From NCBI GenBank assembly GCA_033344915.1, contig JAWPML010000001.1, positions 3,241,736 to 3,305,735 on the forward strand: DNA of 64,000 nucleotides. The letters run 5' to 3'. Shown piece by piece: positions 56,248 through 64,000 of the stretch. The DNA is from Acidimicrobiales bacterium (GTDB lineage: Bacteria; Actinomycetota; Acidimicrobiia; Acidimicrobiales; Aldehydirespiratoraceae). The position numbers and the translations under genes were made by a program. Each line of letters starts with the position of its first letter. Within the stretch, counting starts at the first letter, position 1. Under the pieces are notes generated by a model. The model was given only the letters and a program-made list of their open reading frames with translations. It was not told the origin of the DNA and ran no database searches.

Positions 56248-56757
56248 ATGCCTCGCATCTCCCGCCCCGACATGGCCGACTACGGCGTCCCGACCGAGCT
56301 CGACGGCACCCTGCCCTGGTCCTGGGCGGAGGACCGGCTGGCCGCATCGCGCAACTTCTGGCTCGTCACCGTGAGCGCCGCGGGGCGTCCCCATTCGATG
56401 CCGGTCTGGGGGGTCTGGATCCCGGAACGGGACCGTTTCGCCTTCAGCTGTTCACCGAACGCCCGCAAGGTCCGCAACCTCGAGGCGAACGACCGGGTCG
56501 TCATCACGAACGACGACGCGGTCAACGTCGTGTCGCTCGAGGGCCGGGCCGAGCGGATCACCGGCGCCGCCGTCGACGCCATGTGCGTGCCCTACCAGGC
56601 CAAGTACGCGGCGGAGCAGTTCTTCGAAGACGTCGACGTCGTGATCGGGTTCATGCACCAGAACGCCGCCTACGAGGTCGTGCCGGACCGCGCCTTCGGG
56701 ATCATCGAGACCGCCGAGGACTTCGGCCCCCGCGCCACGCGGTGGGACTGGGACTGA
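56248..56757 (+). CDS. Pyridoxamine 5'-phosphate oxidase-like (split-barrel flavin/F420) protein
   Basis: ATG at 56248, 169 aa. Sequence: NFWLVTVSAAGRPHSMPVWGVW. Confidence 0.7.
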   Translation: MPRISRPDMADYGVPTELDGTLPWSWAEDRLAASRNFWLVTVSAAGRPHSMPVWGVWIPERDRFAFSCSPNARKVRNLEANDRVVITNDDAVNVVSLEGRAERITGAAVDAMCVPYQAKYAAEQFFEDVDVVIGFMHQNAAYEVVPDRAFGIIETAEDFGPRATRWDWD

Positions 56758-56761
56758 ACGC

Positions 56762-57409
56762 TCAGGGCCAGAGCGGCTCGGGGATGGGATCGATCGCGTT
56801 GCCCCACGTGTTCTTGTAGGACACCTCGTGGGCCGGGCTCCGCTTGGCGACGCCCCAGTTGCCGAGCGGGTACCCGAACGGCACGCAGCACGCCATGCGC
56901 CAGCCCTCCTCCTTCGGCACGCCGAGCACGTCGAGGGTCTCGTCGTTCTTGAACATGAGCACGCTCGTGAGCGACGAACCCACCCCGTCGGCGCGGGCCT
57001 GGAGCATCGCGTTCCAGACCGCCGGGAAGATGGAACCACCGGTGGTGTCGAACTGGTCGAACGCGAACAGCAGCATCGGATACGACCCGAAGTTCTCCTG
57101 CGCCCAGGTGACCGAGTTCATGATCGCCCGGAACTGGCGGGCCTCGGCGTCGTCGGACGACTGGGCGTGGGCGACCTTGTCCTTGTAGACGGTGTCCCAC
57201 AGCATGTCGATGCACTCCGCGTAGATCGCCCCGACCTCGGCGATCCTGTCCGGATCGTCCATCAACAGGAACCGCCAGCCCTGGGCGTTGCCCCCACTGG
57301 GAGCGCGGATCGCGGCATCGAGGATGCGGGCCTGCACGTCGGCGGGGATCGGGTCGGGCTTCACCCGCCGCATCGCCCGGGTCGTGTACAGCGCTTCTCT
57401 CACATCCAT
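56762..57409 (-). CDS. Nitroreductase family protein
   Basis: ATG at 57409, 215 aa. Sequence: TTRAMRRVKPDPIP..ILDAAIRAPSGGNAQGWRF. Confidence 0.8.
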   Translation of the reverse strand: MDVREALYTTRAMRRVKPDPIPADVQARILDAAIRAPSGGNAQGWRFLLMDDPDRIAEVGAIYAECIDMLWDTVYKDKVAHAQSSDDAEARQFRAIMNSVTWAQENFGSYPMLLFAFDQFDTTGGSIFPAVWNAMLQARADGVGSSLTSVLMFKNDETLDVLGVPKEEGWRMACCVPFGYPLGNWGVAKRSPAHEVSYKNTWGNAIDPIPEPLWP

Positions 57410-57513
57410 GCTCGACTCCTCATCGCTCGTGCCTGCGGACCACCGACGCAGAGTCGACCACACCCTCCCGCAGATTGCGAGACCGTCGACCCCCGGCTCT
57501 AGAGTTCCGGCCC

Positions 57514-58692
57514 ATGCGCCGCCTCCTCGTCATCGGTCTCGCCCTCAGCACCTTCGCGATCGCCTGCGGCGACGCGACGGAGGAGGGCGACGCGCCGACC
57601 ACGACCACGTCGACGACGAGCACGACTTCGCCATCGACCACGACCACATCGACCACGACGACGACCACGACGACGACCACGACGACCGAGGCTCCGCCCG
57701 AGCTCGTCGGCGCCGACCTCGCGGCCACGGGGCCGTATCCGGTGGGCGTCACCACCCGCACGCTCCCGACCGGCAACGAGGTGGAGATCTGGTACCCGGC
57801 CGGGCCGGATGCGGAGGGCCAGACCGACACCTACTCGGTGCGCACGTTCACCCCGGAGGCCATGCGGGTGCTCGTCCCCGAGGAGATCAACGATCGGGTG
57901 ACGGTGGCCGCGGGTCGCGACGCGTCGGTGGCCGAGGACGGACCGTTCCCGCTCGTGATGTTCAGCCACGGCTCGACGAGCTTCCGCTTCCAGTCGACCA
58001 ACCTCACCCATCACCTGGCGTCGTGGGGCATGGTCGTCGCGTCGACCGACCACCCGACCCGGGCCCTCACCACGATGCTGGCCCGGCCGGAGGACGCGCC
58101 GAGCTCGGTGGACGACGTCCTCGCCATGCGCGAGCTGGTGCTCGCCGACGAGATCCTCGGCGCCCATGTCGACGGTGAGCGCGTCGGCATGAGCGGCCAC
58201 AGTGCCGGCGGCGGCACGACGCTCGCCGTCACCGCCCTCGGCGACATCGACGGCTACGTGAGCTATGCGTCCGGCGGGTTCTCGGACGAGCCGATGCCGG
58301 ACGTGCCGTCGCTCTTCATGGCCGGCGAGATCGACATGATCGTCGCGCCCGACCGCACCCGGGACGCATTCGAGGCCGCCCCCGCACCGAGCTGGTACAT
58401 GGAGTTCGCCGAAAGCGGGCACCTCGCCTTCAGCGACCTCTGCGCGGTCGGCGACGGCAACGCGACGTTGATCGACCTCGCCCTCGCCGCCGGGCTGGAG
58501 GCCTTCCTCACCGACGGCCTGGTACGCCTCGCCACGGACGGTTGTGAGGAACCGAACCGCCCGGTCACCGAGGTCTGGCCGGCGATCCACCAGGCGACCA
58601 CCGGCTTCTTCCGGTGGGTCTTCGGCATCGACGAGGACCCGATCGGGCTCGACGAGTTCACCGTCGACGGTGTGACGGTCGACGCTTCCTGA
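57514..58692 (+). CDS. Lipoprotein alpha/beta hydrolase (PAF-acetylhydrolase / dienelactone-hydrolase-like)
   Basis: ATG at 57514. It has the lipobox LSTFAIAC|G and an about 30-residue poly-Thr/Ser linker. The catalytic domain carries the GMSGHSAGGG nucleophile elbow and SGHLAFSD. Confidence 0.75.
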   Translation: MRRLLVIGLALSTFAIACGDATEEGDAPTTTTSTTSTTSPSTTTTSTTTTTTTTTTTTEAPPELVGADLAATGPYPVGVTTRTLPTGNEVEIWYPAGPDAEGQTDTYSVRTFTPEAMRVLVPEEINDRVTVAAGRDASVAEDGPFPLVMFSHGSTSFRFQSTNLTHHLASWGMVVASTDHPTRALTTMLARPEDAPSSVDDVLAMRELVLADEILGAHVDGERVGMSGHSAGGGTTLAVTALGDIDGYVSYASGGFSDEPMPDVPSLFMAGEIDMIVAPDRTRDAFEAAPAPSWYMEFAESGHLAFSDLCAVGDGNATLIDLALAAGLEAFLTDGLVRLATDGCEEPNRPVTEVWPAIHQATTGFFRWVFGIDEDPIGLDEFTVDGVTVDAS

Positions 58693-58728
58693 GCCTCACA
58701 TCGTCCGGGAGGACGCCGATGGAATCGG

Positions 58729-58929
58729 GTGTCCAGTTTCATCGACGCCCTCTTCGAACCCGAGCGGCACTGCTCGTGCGGCCATCACGAGGGTTCGCAC
58801 TGCCACGGTTTCAGCAACCAGGCCTGCATGTGGTGTGACTGTCGGGTGTTCGTGGATCCCGACCGCGAGCCGACGAACGTGGGCCGCAACGAGCCCTCGC
58901 CCATCCGGCACTTCTTCGCCGGGCGCTGA
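58729..58929 (+). CDS. Small Cys/His-rich protein (66 aa)
   Basis: GTG start. The sequence HCSCGHHEGSHCHGFSNQACMWCDC has 6 Cys and 5 His within 25 residues. Third-position GC is about 85-90%, against about 50% in the overlapping ATG-58719 frame. The SD (GGAGGA) is 15 nt upstream, which is far. Confidence 0.45.
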   Translation: MSSFIDALFEPERHCSCGHHEGSHCHGFSNQACMWCDCRVFVDPDREPTNVGRNEPSPIRHFFAGR

Positions 58930-59035
58930 GCCAACCGGCGAACCCGCGTTAATTCGTTCGACGGACCCGCGCTCGTTTCGTACGGTGCTCGCACGGAGCG
59001 GTGATCGACCGCTCGTCACGGGAAGGAGCACCACG

Positions 59036-59092
59036 ATGAAGAACCTGACGTTCGTCAATTGCCTCATCGCCGGCGTGCTCCGCCTGCGCTGA
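59036..59092 (+). CDS. Candidate 18-aa hydrophobic micro-ORF (MKNLTFVNCLIAGVLRLR)
   Basis: A strong SD (GGAAGGAG) lies 7 nt upstream of the ATG, and 17 of 18 codons end in G or C. There is no other support. Confidence 0.3.
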   Translation: MKNLTFVNCLIAGVLRLR

Positions 59093-59211
59093 CCCGCAGC
59101 CCCTCCCGCGACGACGCCACCCCGCATCCACCCGTGACCGCGCGGTCACACCGGATCGGGCCCGCCCGTTCGTCTGTCCCCGAACCCGGACACGCACGAA
59201 GGAACCTCACC

Positions 59212-59352
59212 ATGCATGGACTCATCATCCTCGCGCTGTTGCAGGACCGGCGGTCGAACCCGCACGCCCGCCCCCCGGAGCGTCGCGGTCGCCCGACCCA
59301 CCCGGCTCCCAAGCGACAGCCGCAGCGCTGGACCCGTCCCGGCCGGCGCTGA
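59212..59352 (+). CDS. Candidate 46-aa ORF (hydrophobic N-terminus, Arg/Pro-rich tail)
   Basis: The SD-like GAAGGAAC context is similar to that of the 18-aa ORF (13 of 17 nt identical from GAAGGA to ATG). The Arg/Pro-rich tail could be a GC artefact. Confidence 0.2.
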   Translation: MHGLIILALLQDRRSNPHARPPERRGRPTHPAPKRQPQRWTRPGRR

Positions 59353-59356
59353 CCGA

Positions 59357-59410
59357 CCCCGGCCCCCGTTCTCACCCGCACCCGTGTGGGAGAGCACGCG
59401 GGGGCCGGGG
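59357..59410 (+). other. Extended GC-rich hairpin between the small ORFs and the mazG-like gene
   Basis: A perfect 12-bp outer stem CCCCGGCCCCCG/CGGGGGCCGGGG encloses an inner CTCaCCC/GGGaGAG stem. No T-tract follows. Confidence 0.6.
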
Positions 59411-59431
59411 CGCAGGGCCTACGGTCTCGGG

Positions 59432-59683
59432 ATGGATCTCGCCGAGGTACAGCGGTTGATGGACGAGCTCTACGGGGCGGCGGACACCGAGCGGGGCATA
59501 CCGTCCACGGTCGCCTGGCTCTGCGAGGAGCTGGGCGAACTGGCCCAGGCGGTGCGCAAGGGCACCCGCGAAGAGCAGGTCCACGAGTTCGCCGATGTGT
59601 TGGCGTGGCTGGCGTCGCTCGCCAACCAGATGGACATCAGCCTCGACGACGCCATGCAGCGCTTCGTCGAGAACCCGCCCTGA
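59432..59683 (+). CDS. Small MazG-like nucleotide pyrophosphohydrolase
   Basis: ATG at 59432, 83 aa. It has the EEL(G)ELA...E..D.LAW pattern (WLCEELGELAQAV..EFADVLAWLASLAN). Confidence 0.75.
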   Translation: MDLAEVQRLMDELYGAADTERGIPSTVAWLCEELGELAQAVRKGTREEQVHEFADVLAWLASLANQMDISLDDAMQRFVENPP

Positions 59684-61563
<1,880 letters not shown>

Positions 61564-61590
61564 AGCGGGGAAAGTCTACGGTCGCGCCCC

Positions 61591-62379
61591 ATGGGACTGG
61601 ACCAATTCCGACTCGATGGCAAGGTTGCGGTGGTCACGGGGGCCGGCCGCGGTATCGGCGCGGCGACCGCGACACTGATGGCGGAGGCCGGCGCGGACGT
61701 CGTGATCGGGGCGCGAACGGAGGCCCAGCTCGCCGAGGTCGCCGCCACGATCGAGGGCCACGGCCGCGGCGCGGCGGTCGTGGCGGGCGACCTGTCGACC
61801 CGGGAGGGGCTCGCCGCGCTCGTCGACACCGCGGTCGACACCTTCGGTGGGATCGACATCGTCGTCAACAATGTGGGCGGCTCGATGCCCACCGCGTTCA
61901 TGGACACCACGGAGAAGGCGTTCGACGGCGCGATGCGGTGGAACGTGACCACCGCGTTCAACCTCACGCAGCTCGCCGTACCCCACATGATCGAGCGACC
62001 GGGCGCGAGTGTCGTCAACATCGCCTCGACCGCCGGACTGTTCGCGAGCCGCGGGTTCGCCGCCTACGGCACGGCGAAGGCCGCGCTCATCCACCTCACT
62101 CGCGCCCTCGCCCAGGACCTCGCCCCGAAGATCCGCGTCAACGCCGTCTGCCCCGGCTCCATCGCGACCTCCGCCCTCGAGATCGTGCTCCAGACCCCCG
62201 AGCTCGAAGAGGCGATGAACGACGCAACGCCACTCGGCCGGCTCGGCGAGCCCGAGGAGATCGCGGCGGCGGCCGTGTTCCTCGCGAGTCCGGCGTCGGC
62301 CTACACCACCGGCCAGTTCCTCGGCGTCGACGGCGGCATCACCGGGTCGAACCTCGACATGGGGATACCCGACGTCTGA
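61591..62379 (+). CDS. Short-chain dehydrogenase/reductase
   Basis: ATG at 61591. It has TGAGRGIG, NNVG, the catalytic YGTAK and PGSIAT. Confidence 0.85.
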   Translation: MGLDQFRLDGKVAVVTGAGRGIGAATATLMAEAGADVVIGARTEAQLAEVAATIEGHGRGAAVVAGDLSTREGLAALVDTAVDTFGGIDIVVNNVGGSMPTAFMDTTEKAFDGAMRWNVTTAFNLTQLAVPHMIERPGASVVNIASTAGLFASRGFAAYGTAKAALIHLTRALAQDLAPKIRVNAVCPGSIATSALEIVLQTPELEEAMNDATPLGRLGEPEEIAAAAVFLASPASAYTTGQFLGVDGGITGSNLDMGIPDV

Positions 62380-62399
62380 TCGTTCCCTAGGCTGCCCCG

Positions 62400-63137
62400 A
62401 TGGCGCTCGCGGACCTGATCCACACCGATGACGACTTCGTCCCCACCAAGGCCCTCCTGGTCGTGGCCCACCCCGATGACGTCGACTTCGGCGCGGCCGG
62501 CACCGTTGCCACCCTGACGGACAACGGCGTCGAGGTCGTCTACGGGTTGGTCACCAGCGGGCAGGCCGGCGAACCGGCCCACCTGACGCCCGACGAGCTC
62601 CGCGAGATCCGCCAGAAGGAACAGACCGAGGCGGCGGCCGTCGTCGGCGTCACCGAACTCCACTGGCTGGACTTCCCCGACGGGCATCTCGTCGCCGACC
62701 TCGAGCTCCGCAAGGCGATCGCCCGGCTGATCCGGATCGTGAAGCCGGACCTGGTGATCACCCAGACGCCCGTGCGCAATCTCGACCGGGTCTACGCCGC
62801 CCACCCCGACCATCTGGCGGCGGGCGAGGCGACGGTGTGCGCCGTCTATCCCGACGCCCGCAACGGCCATTCGTTCCCCGAGTTGCTCGCCGAGGGCCAC
62901 GAGCCCCACGCCGTGCCCCGCCTGTGGCTGATGGCCGGCACCGATCAGAACCTCCATGTGGACATCACCGACGCGATCGACCGCAAGATCGAGGCGCTGC
63001 TCGCCCACCACTCCCAGAACGACGACCGGGCCGAGGTGCTCCCGGGCATGATCCGCGAATGGGCCGAGGCCAACGCCGCGCTCGTCGGGCACGAAGGGCG
63101 CGCCATCGAGTCGTTCCGGCTGGTCCACACGGAGTAG
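62400..63137 (+). CDS. PIG-L / LmbE family deacetylase
   Basis: The AHPDDVDFG zinc-binding signature is near the N-terminus, and HPDH appears later. Confidence 0.85.
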   Translation: MALADLIHTDDDFVPTKALLVVAHPDDVDFGAAGTVATLTDNGVEVVYGLVTSGQAGEPAHLTPDELREIRQKEQTEAAAVVGVTELHWLDFPDGHLVADLELRKAIARLIRIVKPDLVITQTPVRNLDRVYAAHPDHLAAGEATVCAVYPDARNGHSFPELLAEGHEPHAVPRLWLMAGTDQNLHVDITDAIDRKIEALLAHHSQNDDRAEVLPGMIREWAEANAALVGHEGRAIESFRLVHTE

Positions 63138-63163
63138 CGCGCCGGCGACCCGACCGACGGGCG

Positions 63164-63790
63164 TCAGCGCGGGAAGTAGCGGGCTTCGAGCCCGGCCAGC
63201 ACGACCTCGAGCCCCTCGTCGAACTTCTCCTCCGACGAGAGGACGTCGGCGGCGCGCTGGATCTCGCGCTGGTCGTCCTCCCGGTCGGCGGGGTCCGTGG
63301 GCGGCCCGGGCACCAGGCCGTGTTCGTTCACGATCGTGCCGATGACCCAGCTGGCCACGGTGACGAACGCGAGCGTGCCGACCCGATCGTCGTCCGTCAT
63401 CAACTGGGCGGCCTCGACGATGCGGCGATCGAACTGCCGGGCCGCCTCGGAATTGGCGGCCGGGTGGATGAGGAGGTGCACGGCGCGGGGATGGGCGGCG
63501 GCGACGTCGACGTAGGCGTGCGACAACGCCCGGGCGTGGACCTTCCAGTCCCCGGTCGGTTCGCCGTAGGCGTCCAGCACGTCCGCGTAGAGGCGGTCCG
63601 ACACGGCGTCGAGAAGATCGGCCTTGTTCGCCACATGGTTGTAGAGCGACATCGCCTCGACACCGAGTTCGGCGCCGAGCTTGCGCATCGAGAGCGCGTC
63701 GAGCCCGTGCGCGTCGATGAACGCCACCGCGGCTGCGGCGACACGTTCACGACTGAGCGGTGGGCGATCCGTCACGGTCACAGGAGCCAC
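63164..63790 (-). CDS. TetR family transcriptional regulator
   Basis: GTG start. The HTH is LSMRKLGAELGVEAMSLYNHVANKADLL. Confidence 0.85.
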   Translation of the reverse strand: MAPVTVTDRPPLSRERVAAAAVAFIDAHGLDALSMRKLGAELGVEAMSLYNHVANKADLLDAVSDRLYADVLDAYGEPTGDWKVHARALSHAYVDVAAAHPRAVHLLIHPAANSEAARQFDRRIVEAAQLMTDDDRVGTLAFVTVASWVIGTIVNEHGLVPGPPTDPADREDDQREIQRAADVLSSEEKFDEGLEVVLAGLEARYFPR

Positions 63791-63816
63791 ACTACGCGCC
63801 GGGCCCGCGGTCGTGG

Positions 63817-64000
63817 TCAGCCGGCCTGGAGGGCGGCGAGCCGGCGAGCGACGTAGGCGCCATCCGCACCCGTGGCGGCGGCGAGCGCCCCGAGGTCACC
63901 GGCCGGCGCCGTGATCAGCGCCACGGGTCCTCTCCGGAGGAGTCGCAGCAGGTCGAGATAGCGGCGGTAGACGTCATCGGCCGTGCAGCTCGTGGGCAGA
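63817..64000 (-). CDS. 3' end of an unidentified CDS (5' part outside window)
   Basis: The minus-strand frame is open from the window edge to the TGA at 63817-63819 (..TADDVYRRYLDLLRLLRRGPVALITAPAGDLGALAAATGADGAYVARRLAALQAG). The product is not recognisable. Confidence 0.4.
   Translation of the reverse strand, partial: LPTSCTADDVYRRYLDLLRLLRRGPVALITAPAGDLGALAAATGADGAYVARRLAALQAG

Noticed and set aside
52872-56819. A 1315-aa plus-strand ORF, the longest in the window.
   Set aside because: It lies antisense to four minus-strand genes that have clear family motifs (flavin reductase, methyltransferase, hydantoinase) and out of frame with the PNPOx-like gene. Its composition is dominated by R/G/D/H/A, and no motifs are recognisable.
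58690-58731. The Cys/His-rich ORF is in the same frame as the upstream hydrolase gene, 12 codons after its TGA. This suggested stop-codon readthrough or selenocysteine.
   Set aside because: The 12 intervening codons have low third-position GC (5 of 12), unlike the coding sequence on either side. No SECIS-like hairpin follows the TGA. Same-frame placement has a one-in-three chance.

Overview
The window is a very GC-rich stretch of bacterial chromosome, roughly 70% GC by eye (not computed). Gene content and motifs look actinobacterial: an LAxTG sortase signal, an HspR/HAIR-controlled dnaK operon, a DUF222-HNH gene and poly-Thr linkers. I support about 70 CDS and 4 tRNAs (Glu-UUC, Asp-GUC, Phe-GAA, Pro-CGG). 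I found no rRNA, CRISPR array, transposase or integrase.

Housekeeping content:
- plsY-degV, a ydbS/ydbT-like pair, and an arsR-SRPBCC pair
- a FadH-like reductase and an ACT-domain malic enzyme
- pyrE, purB, purA and clpB
- dnaK-grpE-dnaJ-hspR with HAIR operators
- NfeD, a pair of ArsA/Get3-like ATPases, a STAS protein plus an orphan receiver domain, and asd

Accessory content:
- two paralogous exported proteins that share an unnamed N-terminal domain
- a membrane HD-GYP protein fused to about 700 aa of cadherin-like repeats
- a sugar-acid / beta-galactosidase / sulfatase block (35-47.5 kb) that includes a five-gene translationally coupled operon
- an oxidoreductase-rich block (47.5-57.4 kb)

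The most unusual signal is non-coding. Three copies of a 77-bp palindromic element sit at 10144, 20462 and 23798. Each has a near-identical 25-bp stem and a fixed-length (27 nt) but sequence-variable loop, and copy 1 carries a compensatory stem substitution. Two of the copies bracket the HD-GYP/cadherin gene, which lies between clpB and the dnaK operon.

All protein calls come from motif recognition by eye on the supplied ORF translations. No database search was run. Most long ORFs on the opposite strand of these genes are GC-driven artefacts.
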